A stretch of DNA of 62,171 nt, the filler included. It is 15 parts of 15 records of this genome, joined end to end, with 100 filler letters (N's around TTAATTAATTAA, not from the genome) between each part and the next. Parts side by side here need not be neighbours in the genome. Positions count along the whole stretch, not along the records: positions 11,409 to 16,710 come from SRR11831580_1258; positions 16,811 to 21,410 come from SRR11831580_1261; positions 21,511 to 23,825 come from SRR11831580_1290; positions 23,926 to 26,514 come from SRR11831580_1296; 11 more parts are not named here. One strand, written 5' to 3'. This document shows, piece after piece, positions 11,409-26,614 of the stretch. A program made the translations under genes and the position numbers. The notes under the pieces are model-generated. The model searched no databases. It saw nothing but the letters and a program-made list of their open reading frames with translations, and was not told where the DNA came from. Positions within the stretch are counted from its first letter, which is position 1. Each line of letters begins with the position of its first letter.

Positions 11409-12030
11409 GGTTAATGTAAGTCAGTACCGGTTCCGGCAATAAATCCTCACATGATTCACCGTTTTGCAAACGTTCGCGGATGATGGTCGCCGAGATGTTA
11501 AACCACGGCGTTTCAGCCAGATAAATTTTACCGGCAGGCTGAAGGTGAAGATCTTCCGGGTTATGTGTCAAATGATCTTCCAGCCATTGCTGGTATTGCG
11601 GTTGCGCCATTTCAAGTGGGTAACCTGGACGCCGACAGACGATCAAATGTGCATTGTCGAGTATCGTTTCGTATTCGTACCAGGTCGGAAAGGTCAGCAG
11701 TGAATCCTGACCAATAATAAACGCCAGCGGCACGTCCGGTCCTTGTTCCTGCCGCCACTCTTTCAGTGTTTGCGCAGTGTAAGAGGGGGCATTGCGCTTT
11801 AGCTCGCGTTCATCAAGAGTAAATAATGGCTTGTCGGCAATCGCCAGTTCAAGCATGTGTTTACGCTGCACGCTGTTCGCTTCCGGCTGGGGACGATGCG
11901 GAGGAACATTATTAGGGATGATTGTGACCCGCGTCAGACCAATCAAATTCGCCAGCGTTTCCACGGGTTTTAGATGACCATAGTGCACCGGATCAAAGGT
12001 GCCGCCAAACAGAGCCTGTAAAGATTTCAT
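11409..12030 (-). CDS. nadD: Nicotinate-nucleotide adenylyltransferase (last codons lost at contig end)
   Basis: [21 protein letters not shown]. Confidence 0.97.
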
Positions 12031-12031
12031 A

Positions 12032-13063
12032 TCAACCGTCGATAAATACGTCCGCCAGGGGTTTATGGCACAACAGAAGAGATAACCCTTCCAGCTCTGC
12101 CCACACTGACTGACCGTAATCTTGTTTGAGGGTGAGTTCCGTTCGTGTCAGGAGTTGCACGGCCTGACGTAACTGCGTCTGACTTAAGCGATTTAACGCC
12201 TCGCCCATCATGCCCCGGCGGTTCTGCCATACCCGATGCTTATCAAACAACGCACGCAGTGGCGTATGGGCAGACTGGCGTTTCAGGTTAACCAGTAACA
12301 ACAGTTCACGTTGTAATGTGCGCAACAAAATAACCGGTTCGCTGCCTTCCAGACGCAGTTGCTGAAGAATATGCAATGCGCGCTTACTTTTTCCCATCAA
12401 CAAAGCATCAACCCAATGAAAAGGGGTGAAATGCGCGGCATCATTCACCGCCTGTTCAACGCGCGGTAATGTCAATTTGCCGTCTGGCCAGAGCAGCGAT
12501 AAACGCTCCAGTGCCTGAGCCAGCGCCAGCAGGTTACCTTCATAACAGTAGCAGAGCACCTGATTTGCCGCGTCATCCAGTTCTAAGTTGAGCTGTTTTG
12601 CGCGCGCAGCAACCCAGCGGGGAAGCTGAGCCTGCTCCGGTGTCTGACAGGTCACCTGCACGCTGCGATTCGCAAGCGCAGTAAACCAGGCGGCATTTTC
12701 TTGCGCTTTGCTTAATTTATTACCGCGGACGATCAACAGCAGGTCGTCATGCAGAAGTCCGGTGAGTGTGAGAAGTTGCTCATTGATCGCCGCATTCGGT
12801 CCGTTTTCTGGTAACAACAGCAATAGCGTTTGTCGACTGGCAAACAGACTCATAGCCTGGCATAACGAAAAGATCGCATTCCAGTCAGTGTTGGGATCAA
12901 TGGAAAAAGTGTGGTGTTCTTCGAATCCTTGTGCCGCAGCTACCTGACGAACAGCGTCCTGGCTTTCCTGCAATAACAGAGGATCGTTACCAAGTAAAAG
13001 ATACGCCGCGCGCAGCCCTTCATTGAGCTGCGCGCGGAGTTGTTCCGGGTACAACCGAATCAT
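12032..13063 (-). CDS. holA: DNA polymerase III delta subunit
   Basis: 343 aa; [14 protein letters not shown] clamp-binding motif. Confidence 0.98.
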
Positions 13064-13644
13064 CAGTTACCCAGCGTGGTGGAGACGCGTGCAGGCGTTG
13101 CCGGAGTATCCGTTGTGGTCGACGTCTGTTCTTCGTCGGAACGAATATCCGCAGCACGGATGCTTGGCAGCTTACGAATCAGCTGTTCGGCAGCACGGTC
13201 GTACATCTCTTTTACGATCATGTCTTGTTCGTTATCTTTCGCTAACGCCATTTGCGGGTTATCGAAGAACGAACGGAAGACTTTGGCGCTAATCGGGTAG
13301 ATATCACGGCCGGGGATCAACACGGTCGCATTAACCGTCATGATCATCTGATACTCTGCTGTTTGACCGTTACGGAATACCGATGCGGTATCTTTCGCGA
13401 TGCTCACTTTACCCAAACGCAAGGATGGAACGTCCTTACGCGTGGTTTCTTTATCAAGCAACTCGACACCATTCAGACGTAACTGGTTACGCACCGCACG
13501 GCTTAATGGCCCGTTCGGATCGCCTGAGTCCAGGATCATGACCTTCATAGTGGAAGGAACCTGCGTGGTATCACGCAGATGCCAGCCACACCCGGCGGTG
13601 ATTAACACCGCCAGAGATAACAACAATGTTGCCAGATATCGCAC
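13063..13644 (-). CDS. lptE: LPS assembly lipoprotein
   Basis: 193 aa; lipobox TAGCGWHLR; between leuS and holA. Confidence 0.97.
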
Positions 13645-13658
13645 GCTTCCTCCCGCGC

Positions 13659-16241
13659 TTAGCCAACGACCAGATTGAGGAGTTTACCTGGTACGTAAAT
13701 CACTTTACGTACAGTAACGCCATCAAGATATTTTGCTACCAGATGTTCCTGGCCAGCACGTTCGCGAACCTGTTCTTCCGTTGCGTCCACCGGAACGGTG
13801 ATTTTGGCACGGACTTTACCGTTAACCTGCACCACGACCAGCGTGGAGTCTTCCACCATCGCTTTTTCGTCAGCAACCGGCCACGGCGCGTTGTCGATAT
13901 CGCCTTCGCCTTTCAGTTCCTGCCACAGCGTGAAGCAGATGTGCGGGGTGAACGGGTTAAGCATACGGACAACGGCCAGCAGTGCTTCCTGCATCAGAGC
14001 GCGATCCTGCTCGCCATCGGTTGGTGCTTTCGCCAGTTTGTTCATCAGCTCCATAATCGCCGCAATTGCGGTGTTGAAGGTCTGACGACGGCCGATATCA
14101 TCGGTCACTTTAGCGATCGTTTTATGCACATCGCGACGCAGCGCTTTCTGATTTTCAGTCAGCGCATCAACGTTCAGTGCCGCAACATCACCTTTTGCTG
14201 TGTGCTCGTAAACCAGTTTCCAGACACGTTTCAGGAAGCGGTTAGCCCCTTCCACACCGGATTCCTGCCATTCGAGAGTCATATCAGCCGGAGAAGCAAA
14301 CATCATAAACAGACGAACGGTGTCCGCGCCGTAACGTTCAACCATCACCTGCGGGTCGATACCGTTGTTCTTCGACTTGGACATTTTGCTCATGCCGGTA
14401 TAAACCAGTTCATGGCCTGCCGCATCTTTCGCTTTCACGATACGGCCTTTCTCGTCACGTTCAACGATAGCATCAACCGGGGAAACCCAGTTACGTTCGC
14501 CGTTTTCGCCAACATAGTAGAAGGCATCTGCCAGCACCATACCCTGACACAGCAACTGTTTCGCTGGTTCGTCAGAGTTCACCATGCCTGCATCACGCAT
14601 CAGTTTGTGGAAGAAGCGGAAGTAGAGCAGGTGCATAATGGCGTGTTCAATACCACCAATGTAGATATCCACCGGCAGCCAGTAGTTAGCCGCTTCGGAA
14701 TCCAGCATACCTTCTTTGTACTGCGGGCAAGTGTAGCGCGCATAGTACCAGGAGGACTCCATAAAGGTGTCGAAAGTGTCGGTTTCACGCAGTGCTGGCA
14801 TACCGTTAACGGTAGTTTTCGCCCACTCCGGATCTGCTTTAATCGGGCTGGTAATGCCGTCCATTACCACATCTTCCGGCAGGATCACCGGCAGCTGGTC
14901 GTCCGGGGTCGGCATTACGGTACCGTCTTCCAGCGTCACCATCGGAATCGGCGCGCCCCAGTAACGCTGACGGGAAACACCCCAGTCGCGCAGGCGGTAG
15001 TTCACTTTACGCTCGCCAACGCCCATCGCAGTCAGTTTATCGGCGATGGCGTTGAAGGCCGCTTCATGGTCAAGACCGTTGAACTCGCCAGAGTTGAACA
15101 GCACGCCTTTTTCAGTCAGGGCTTGCTGAGAAAGATCTGGCTCAGAGCCGTCAGCTGCCAGGATAACCGGTTTGATGTTCAGGCCGTATTTAGAGGCAAA
15201 CTCGTAGTCGCGCTGGTCGTGCCCCGGTACCGCCATAACTGCGCCCGTGCCGTACTCCATCAATACGAAGTTTGCTGCCCAAACGGGAATTTCTTCGCCC
15301 GTTAATGGGTGAACCGCTTTAAAGCCAGTATCGACGCCTTTTTTCTCCATCGTCGCCATTTCAGCTTCGGCAACTTTGGTGTTACGGCATTCGTCAATAA
15401 AGGCCGCCAGTTCAGGATTATTTTCCGCCGCTTTCTGCGCCAGCGGATGACCCGCAGCTACCGCCAGGTAGGTACAACCCATAAAGGTGTCCGGGCGGGT
15501 AGTGTAAACGGTCAGCGTGTTGTCATAGTCGTTAACGTTGAAGGTGATCTCCACGCCTTCGGAACGACCGATCCAGTTACGCTGCATGGTTTTAACGGTG
15601 TCTGGCCAGTGATCCAGTTTATCCAGATCGTTGAGCAGCTCGTCAGCGTAAGCAGTGATTTTGATAAACCACTGCGGGATCTCTTTACGTTCAACTTTGG
15701 TATCGCAGCGCCAGCAGCAGCCGTCGATAACTTGTTCGTTCGCCAGTACGGTCTGGTCGTTCGGGCACCAGTTGACCGCAGAAGTCTTCTTATATACCAG
15801 GCCTTTTTTATACAGCTCGGTGAAGAATTTCTGTTCCCAACGGTAGTATTCCGGCGTACAGGTTGCCAGCTCGCGGCTCCAGTCATAACCAAAGCCCAGC
15901 ATTTTGAGCTGGTTTTTCATATACGCGATGTTGTCGTACGTCCACGGTGCCGGAGCGGTGTTGTTTTTCACCGCCGCGCCTTCCGCAGGCAGACCAAACG
16001 CGTCCCAGCCGATCGGCTGCAGGACGTTTTTGCCCAGCATACGCTGGTAGCGGGCGATCACGTCACCGATGGTGTAGTTACGTACGTGGCCCATGTGTAG
16101 TCGACCAGAAGGATAGGGAAGCATAGACAGGCAGTAATACTTCTCTTTGCTCTCGTCTTCGGTTACTTCAAATGTGCGCTTCTCATCCCAATGAAGCTGT
16201 ACTTTGGATTCTATCTCTTCCGGGCGGTATTGCTCTTGCAT
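13659..16241 (-). CDS. leuS: Leucine--tRNA ligase
   Basis: HMGH and KMSKS motifs; 860 aa from ATG 16241 ([11 protein letters not shown]). Confidence 0.99.
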
Positions 16242-16475
16242 GGCAGCCAGTGGTCCTGTTTTCAATACGGCTACAAATGTAGCGTTGAGGTGGTTTTTCA
16301 GATCCGCATAGCATAGCCCAAACGTCCGCGTCAAAACAGCCTTTCGCGCACTCGACGTTGAAATGATGCCCGGATTATTCATACATTAATTTACAGAGTT
16401 TGTGGGCGTATTAGCAAAGCAAGGAACAAAGAACGTCTATTATTATAGTCAGTTAACGACCCGGGAGATGAAACG

Positions 16476-16710
16476 ATGAACAAGGTTGCTCAATATTACC
16501 GTGAACTGGTTGCGTCACTGAGCGAACGCCTGCGCAATGGCGAACGTGATATCGACGCACTGGTGGAACAGGCGCGCGAGCGCGTAATAAAAACAGGGGA
16601 GTTAACGCGAACCGAGGTCGATGAGCTGACGCGAGCTGTCAGACGTGACCTGGAAGAGTTCGCCATGAGCTATGAAGAGAGCCTGAAAGAAGAATCTGAC
16701 AGCGTCTTTA
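16476..16710 (+). CDS. ybeL: YbeL (DUF1451 family), 5' part
   Basis: MNKVAQYYRELVASL; divergent from leuS. Confidence 0.88.
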
Positions 16711-16810
16711 NNNNNNNNNNNNNNNNNNNNNNNNNNNNNNNNNNNNNNNNNNNNTTAATTAATTAANNNNNNNNNNNNNNNNNNNNNNNNNNNNNNNNNN
16801 NNNNNNNNNN

Positions 16811-17943
16811 ATTTAAATGATGAGCAGGAACTGTTTGTCGCCGGTATCCGCGAACTGATGGCCAGCGAAAACTGGGAGGCCTATTTTGCCGAGTGCGACC
16901 GTGACAGCGTCTACCCGGAACGTTTTGTCAAAGCACTGGCGGATATGGGTATCGACAGTCTGCTGATCCCTGAAGAGCACGGTGGTCTGGACGCGGGGTT
17001 TGTTACTCTCGCCGCCGTGTGGATGGAGCTGGGACGTCTGGGGGCACCAACCTATGTGCTGTACCAGTTGCCGGGCGGGTTCAACACCTTCCTGCGCGAA
17101 GGCACACAAGAGCAGATCGACAAAATTATGGCTTTCCGCGGCACCGGTAAGCAGATGTGGAACTCAGCGATTACCGAACCGGGCGCGGGCTCCGACGTGG
17201 GTAGCCTGAAAACGACTTATACCCGTAGAAATGGTAAGATTTATCTTAATGGTAGTAAGTGTTTTATTACCAGCAGCGCCTACACCCCGTACATCGTGGT
17301 GATGGCGCGCGACGGGGCTTCTCCGGACAAACCTGTCTACACCGAATGGTTTGTTGATATGAGCAAACCGGGCATCAAAGTGACCAAACTTGAAAAGCTC
17401 GGTCTGCGTATGGATAGCTGCTGTGAAATCACCTTTGACGACGTGGAACTGGACGAGAAAGACATGTTCGGTCGGGAAGGTAACGGCTTTAACCGCGTCA
17501 AAGAAGAGTTCGACCATGAACGTTTCCTGGTAGCCCTCACCAACTACGGTACGGCGATGTGCGCCTTTGAAGATGCGGCGCGCTACGCCAATCAGCGCGT
17601 GCAGTTTGGCGAGGCTATTGGTCGTTTCCAGTTGATTCAGGAAAAATTCGCCCACATGGCGATCAAATTAAACTCCATGAAAAACATGCTGTATGAAGCA
17701 GCGTGGAAAGCAGACAACGGCACCATCACCTCTGGCGATGCAGCGATGTGCAAATACTTCTGCGCCAATGCGGCATTTGAAGTTGTGGATAGCGCAATGC
17801 AGGTGCTGGGCGGTGTCGGGATTGCGGGCAACCACCGCATCAGCCGCTTCTGGCGTGATCTGCGTGTAGACCGCGTCTCCGGGGGATCTGACGAAATGCA
17901 GATCCTGACGCTGGGTCGTGCGGTGCTGAAGCAATACCGCTAA
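16811..17943 (+). CDS. caiA: Crotonobetainyl-CoA dehydrogenase (first few codons missing)
   Basis: Frame open from contig start ([21 protein letters not shown]); acyl-CoA dehydrogenase motifs [10 protein letters not shown] and QVLGGVG. Confidence 0.96.
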
Positions 17944-17954
17944 GTCCGTGCGCT

Positions 17955-18036
17955 GCCTGATGCGACGCTGATGCGTCTTATCAGGCCTACGGGAGCACGA
18001 ATGTAGGCCGGATAAAGCGTTTACGCCGCATCCGGC
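17955..18036. repeat. BIME: two inverted REP elements
   Basis: GCCTGATGCGACGCT...GCGTCTTATCAGGCCTAC and GTAGGCCGGATAAAGCGTTTACGCCGCATCCGGC. Confidence 0.93.
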
Positions 18037-18053
18037 AGTCATGCGCTACATAA

Positions 18054-19289
<1,236 letters not shown>

Positions 19290-19362
19290 ACGCGTGGCGT
19301 CAGTCGGCTTGCCTGACTAGCGCCCGCCCAATAACAAACGAACAAAAATGGATAGAGGTGCA

Positions 19363-20915
19363 ATGGATATCATTGGCGGACAACATCTACGTCAAATGTG
19401 GGACGATCTTGCGGACGTTTACGGTCATAAAACGGCGCTGATTTGTGAATCCAGCGGCGGAGTCGTTAACCGGTATAGTTATCTTGAGTTAAATCAGGAG
19501 ATTAACCGCACGGCAAACCTGTTTTATACGCTGGGGATTCGCAAAGGCGACAAGGTTGCACTACATCTCGACAACTGCCCGGAATTTATCTTTTGCTGGT
19601 TCGGGCTGGCAAAAATTGGCGCGATTATGGTGCCGATTAACGCCCGCCTGTTGTGCGAGGAAAGCGCGTGGATCCTGCAAAATAGCCAGGCGTGCCTGCT
19701 GGTGACCAGTGCGCAATTCTATCCTATGTATCAACAGATTCAGCAGGAAGATGCCACTCAATTGCGGCACATTTGCCTGACAGATGTGGCACTTCCCGCT
19801 GATGATGGCGTGAGTTCGTTTACTCAACTGAAAAATCAACAACCTGCCACCTTGTGCTATGCACCGCCGCTATCGACTGACGATACGGCGGAAATTCTCT
19901 TCACCTCCGGCACCACCTCCCGACCGAAAGGTGTGGTGATTACCCATTACAACCTGCGCTTCGCTGGATATTACTCCGCCTGGCAGTGTGCACTGCGTGA
20001 CGATGACGTCTACCTGACGGTAATGCCTGCGTTTCATATCGATTGCCAGTGTACTGCGGCGATGGCGGCGTTTTCTGCCGGGGCCACCTTTGTGCTGGTC
20101 GAGAAATACAGCGCCCGCGCCTTCTGGGGACAGGTACAGAAGTACCGCGCCACCGTTACCGAATGTATTCCGATGATGATCCGTACGTTGATGGTACAGC
20201 CGCCTTCAGCGAACGATCAGCAACACCGCCTGCGGGAAGTGATGTTTTATCTCAACTTGTCGGAGCAGGAAAAAGATGCGTTTTGTGAACGCTTCGGCGT
20301 TCGCTTGCTGACGTCTTATGGGATGACGGAAACCATTGTGGGCATTATCGGCGATCGTCCTGGCGATAAACGACGCTGGCCGTCGATTGGTCGGGTGGGG
20401 TTTTGCTACGAAGCGGAGATCCGCGACGATCACAATCGCCCGCTCCCGGCTGGTGAGATCGGTGAAATCTGCATTAAAGGCATACCTGGGAAAACCATCT
20501 TCAAAGAGTACTTTCTCAACCCACAAGCCACTGCGAAAGTGCTGGAAGCCGATGGCTGGCTGCATACCGGCGATACCGGATACCGCGACGAAGAGGACTT
20601 TTTTATTTCGTCGATCGCCGCTGCAATATGATTAAACGTGGCGGCGAGAATGTCTCCTGCGTGGAGCTGGAAAATATTATCGCCGCGCACCCGAAAATTC
20701 AGGACATCGTGGTTGTGGGTATTAAAGATTCGATTCGCGATGAAGCCATCAAAGCATTTGTGGTGCTGAATGAAGGTGAAACATTGAGCGAAGAGGAATT
20801 TTTCCGCTTCTGCGAACAAAATATGGCGAAATTTAAAGTGCCCTCTTATCTGGAGATCAGAAAAGATCTGCCACGTAATTGCTCGGGGAAAATAATTAGA
20901 AAGAATCTGAAATAA
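19363..20915 (+). CDS. caiC: Crotonobetaine/carnitine--CoA ligase; apparent -1 frameshift in T-run 20599-20604
   Basis: [11 protein letters not shown] and WLHTGD; ORFs 19348-20631 and 20628-20915 join as [20 protein letters not shown] when one T is added. Confidence 0.94.
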
Positions 20916-21023
20916 ATGAAACAGCAGGGAACTACCCTGCCAGCTAATAATCACACTCTAAAACAATATGCATTTTTTGCAGGGATGTTGTCGTCCCTGA
21001 AAAAGCAAAAATGGAGAAAAGGA

Positions 21024-21410
21024 ATGAGTGAATCATTACATCTGACCCGCAATGGATCAATTCTGGAAATTACCCTTGATCGTCCAAAAGCGAATGCTAT
21101 TGATGCAAAAACCAGCTTTGAAATGGGCGAAGTATTTCTAAATTTCCGTGACGATCCGCAATTACGTGTCGCCATTATTACCGGTGCCGGAGAGAAGTTC
21201 TTTTCCGCGGGCTGGGATTTAAAAGCGGCAGCAGAAGGCGAAGCACCGGATGCTGACTTTGGTCCGGGTGGTTTTGCGGGATTAACCGAAATTTTCAATC
21301 TCGACAAACCGGTTATCGCAGCTGTGAACGGCTATGCCTTTGGCGGCGGCTTTGAACTGGCGCTGGCGGCAGATTTTATTGTTTGTGCCGATAACGCCAG
21401 CTTCGCCCTG
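21024..21410 (+). CDS. caiD: Carnitinyl-CoA dehydratase, 5' part
   Basis: Crotonase motifs FFSAGWDL and [16 protein letters not shown]. Confidence 0.95.
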
Positions 21411-21510
21411 NNNNNNNNNNNNNNNNNNNNNNNNNNNNNNNNNNNNNNNNNNNNTTAATTAATTAANNNNNNNNNNNNNNNNNNNNNNNNNNNNNNNNNN
21501 NNNNNNNNNN

Positions 21511-22075
21511 GGGGACCGCTGTTCACCACGGCGTTGACCAAGATCTAACGCACAACAGACTCAGAAACACTGCACACACAGGGACGAATTATGCGATGGA
21601 TGTACCTGGATCGGGTTCTGGTCAGTCAGGAGCTCGATGATCTCGAAGGTGTGGTAGACAATGCGGGTAGCCTTGAGCTTCTTGCCGGCGTTGCGGCCGT
21701 GGAACATCATGGAGTTCACGAGGCGCTCAACGATGTTGGCGGTAGCCTTGCCGAAGGGCTTCTTGGTGAAGCGAGACGCAGTGTGGGGGATGTACACGGC
21801 ATAGTTGCTGGTGGCAGCAATGTAATCCTAACGCAACACAAAAATCACGCATCCGAAAGGCACGCAGAAAAAAACAGCTCAACACAATGCATTGAAATGC
21901 CATCAACCGCCCAACCTATTCCCGACCATTCCAACAGTTTCAAATAGTGTACCTTCAGGGAGATATCGTGAACCTCAACCTGGTCGAACGTCCTACAAAT
22001 GGGAGATGAGCAAATGAAAGACAGTACAGCTAAATTATCTTACCAGCGATCAAACAGCTTGATTTCCCCGGCCAT
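21511..22075 (-). CDS. RPS5: Eukaryotic 40S ribosomal protein S5 (uS7), spliced, 3' part missing; exons 22075-22044, 21992-21953, 21827-21606, 21544-21511
   Basis: GT-AG splicing gives [109 protein letters not shown]; introns 51, 125 and 61 nt. Confidence 0.95.
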
Positions 22076-22269
22076 TGTAGCTGGTGCTATCGAGCTGATA
22101 GGGCAAAAAGAGGGCGAACCAGCGAAGGTGGAGCGGATGCCTGAATTGAGGGTGCGGTTGTGCAATGAGGATTATAGCTGGGCGTTGACCGCTATGCACC
22201 AAGTCGTCGCATTCAGCACAGGGCAAGACACAATCGGGATGCACGAGGCAGTATAGTTTGGGGACAGAG

Positions 22270-23825
22270 ATGGCGAAGTGTGAAAGCCGGCCAGTGAACG
22301 TTGCCACTGTGCACGCATGGAACAAAGATCGCTCTTGTGCGCACATTATTAATTTCACTTTCATGTGTCTCATCGGTATCTGTCACTGTAGTGTGCGCTC
22401 TCTCACCCGGCACGAAGGATATTGTCATTTACAAAGTGACCGGGTCGGATCACAACAAGTGGGAGGAAGTACAAGTGCTGCAGGGTGTACGCTCTTCGCA
22501 TCGTCCGCCTCTAGTTGTCGTGTGTAACATGTGCATGTAGCATGACCAAACCGTGACAGGCATTGACTGGGCCCCCAACACAAATCGCATTGTGAGTTGC
22601 GCGCAAGATCGGAGTTGCCATGTGTGGAACCTCGATCCCGCTACAAACCAGTGGGCGCCCACCCTGGTGCTTGCGCATTTGACTCGTGCAGCAACCTCTG
22701 TCCACTGGAACCAGCAAGGTTTGTCGTGCTGCCTCCACCCGCAATTGCATCTCATTGCACCTCTAGAAACCAAATTTGCGATTGGCAGCTCGGCCAAGGT
22801 TGTTTCCGTGTGCTGGTTTGAGGAGAAGCAGAACTGGTGGGTGTCGCGCCCCATCCAGAAACACACATCGACCGTGCTGGCGGTCGCCTGGCACCCCAAC
22901 GGATACGTACTTGCAACAGGGTGTGCTGATTTCCGGTGCCGCATCATTGCGCAACCGCAGAAGGGCATTGACAAGCGGTACGTCCGTCGGAGAAGGAGCG
23001 TGTGCATGTGTTTGTGTGTTCAGGGTGTCCGTGTGTGTGTGTGTGTTTGCATGTCCTTTTTCCGTGTTTCTCTGCTCGTCTCTGTGTACTTTCGCTCTCT
23101 CTTTCGCTGTGTTGCTCGAATCTCGCTGTGCTCATCTCGCCGCCAACGCACGCACAGGCCTGCTGCAGACAGCTACTTTGGCGACAAGATCAAGAGCGGT
23201 GATGTGCTGGCCGAGTTTCCCACCCACGGCTGGGTGCACGATGTTGCGTGGAGTCCAAGTGGCAACCGGTTGGCGTTCGTGTGTCACGATGCGACCCTCT
23301 CTATCGTCGATCTGGTGATGGGGCAGCCGGCCGCTGTGTCGTTCACTCTCAAGGTATGGCTTCTGCCCTGTTCGTTTGTGTGCAGTGTGCCGTAATGTAC
23401 GGTCTACGCTCTCTGTGGGAGTGTCTTCTACGGACGTGTACTGCTCTGGCTGGTCGTGGCTCCTCCCCTCCTTGGGGTGTTTGTTTCCGTTTGTTTGCGT
23501 GAAGATGTGCCTGCAGTGCCGTTTCTCCTTGATATTGACTGCTTTTCTTTTGTGTTGTTCGTAGCTCAAGACGCTCCCTATGCGCAAAATTGTTTTCTTT
23601 GGCGAGGACGCGATTGTGGCTGGTGGCTACGATAACGCACCCACGCTCTTTGTGTGCAAGGGATCGCAATGGTGCGCACTGTGCTGTGTGAGTTTTGCGT
23701 GAACTTCTCTGTCTTGTATCTCTGTCTCTTTCTCTCTCTCTCTATCTCTGTCCCTCTCGCTGTGTGTGTATTTCATGTCAGTGTGTACTCACCTCTATCT
23801 GTGTAGGGTGGAACAGCCCATTGAC
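22270..23825 (+). CDS. ARPC1: Arp2/3 complex subunit 1 (p41, WD40), spliced, 3' part missing; exons 22270-22336, 22392-22486, 22541-22718, 22767-22977, 23158-23353, 23565-23671, 23807-23825
   Basis: HAWNKDRS, HDQTVTGIDWAPNTNRIVSCAQDR, FEEKQNWWVS, WHPNG..LATGCADFRCRI, GWVHDVAWSPSGNRLAFVCHD, IVAGGYD are ARPC1 signature segments; six phase-compatible GT-AG introns of 48-211 nt. Confidence 0.93.
23031..23046. repeat. (GT)8 microsatellite in ARPC1 intron 4
   Basis: GTGTGTGTGTGTGTGT; a CT-rich tract also lies at about 23720-23758 in intron 6. Confidence 0.8.
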
Positions 23826-23925
23826 NNNNNNNNNNNNNNNNNNNNNNNNNNNNNNNNNNNNNNNNNNNNTTAATTAATTAANNNNNNNNNNNNNNNNNNN
23901 NNNNNNNNNNNNNNNNNNNNNNNNN

Positions 23926-25698
<1,773 letters not shown>

Positions 25699-26514
25699 AT
25701 GGCTGAAGCGCAAAATGATCCCCTGCTGCCGGGATACTCGTTTAACGCCCATCTGGTGGCGGGTTTAACGCCGATTGAGGCCAACGGTTATCTCGATTTT
25801 TTTATCGACCGACCGCTGGGAATGAAAGGTTATATTCTCAATCTCACCATTCGCGGTCAGGGGGTGGTGAAAAATCAGGGACGAGAATTTGTCTGCCGAC
25901 CGGGTGATATTTTGCTGTTCCCGCCAGGAGAGATTCATCACTACGGTCGTCATCCGGAGGCTCGCGAATGGTATCACCAGTGGGTTTACTTTCGTCCGCG
26001 CGCCTACTGGCATGAATGGCTTAACTGGCCGTCAATATTTGCCAATACGGGTTTCTTTCGCCCGGATGAAGCGCACCAGCCGCATTTCAGCGACCTGTTT
26101 GGGCAAATCATTAACGCCGGGCAAGGGGAAGGGCGCTATTCGGAGCTGCTGGCGATAAATCTGCTTGAGCAATTGTTACTGCGGCGCATGGAAGCGATTA
26201 ACGAGTCGCTCCATCCACCGATGGATAATCGGGTACGCGAGGCTTGTCAGTACATCAGCGATCACCTGGCAGACAGCAATTTTGATATCGCCAGCGTCGC
26301 ACAGCATGTTTGCTTGTCGCCGTCGCGTCTGTCACATCTTTTCCGCCAGCAGTTAGGGATTAGCGTCTTAAGCTGGCGCGAGGACCAACGCATTAGTCAG
26401 GCGAAGCTGCTTTTGAGCACTACCCGGATGCCTATCGCCACCGTCGGTCGCAATGTTGGTTTTGACGATCAACTCTATTTCTCGCGAGTATTTAAAAAAT
26501 GCACCGGGGCCAGC
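25699..26514 (+). CDS. araC: Arabinose operon regulator, 3' end missing
   Basis: [23 protein letters not shown]; AraC-type HTH. Confidence 0.98.
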
Positions 26515-26614
26515 NNNNNNNNNNNNNNNNNNNNNNNNNNNNNNNNNNNNNNNNNNNNTTAATTAATTAANNNNNNNNNNNNNNNNNNNNNNNNNNNNNN
26601 NNNNNNNNNNNNNN

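Noticed and set aside
13626-15305. 559-aa ORF antisense to leuS (likewise 7729-8988, 9148-10128, 42490-43470)
   Set aside because: Shadow frames of codon-biased genes; no recognisable motifs
20628-20915. Split caiC or programmed frameshift
   Set aside because: One-base T-run deletion consistent with the other homopolymer errors
21411-23925. Horizontal transfer of eukaryotic genes into E. coli, or the reverse
   Set aside because: Eukaryotic and bacterial DNA are separated by artificial spacers; no physical junction exists
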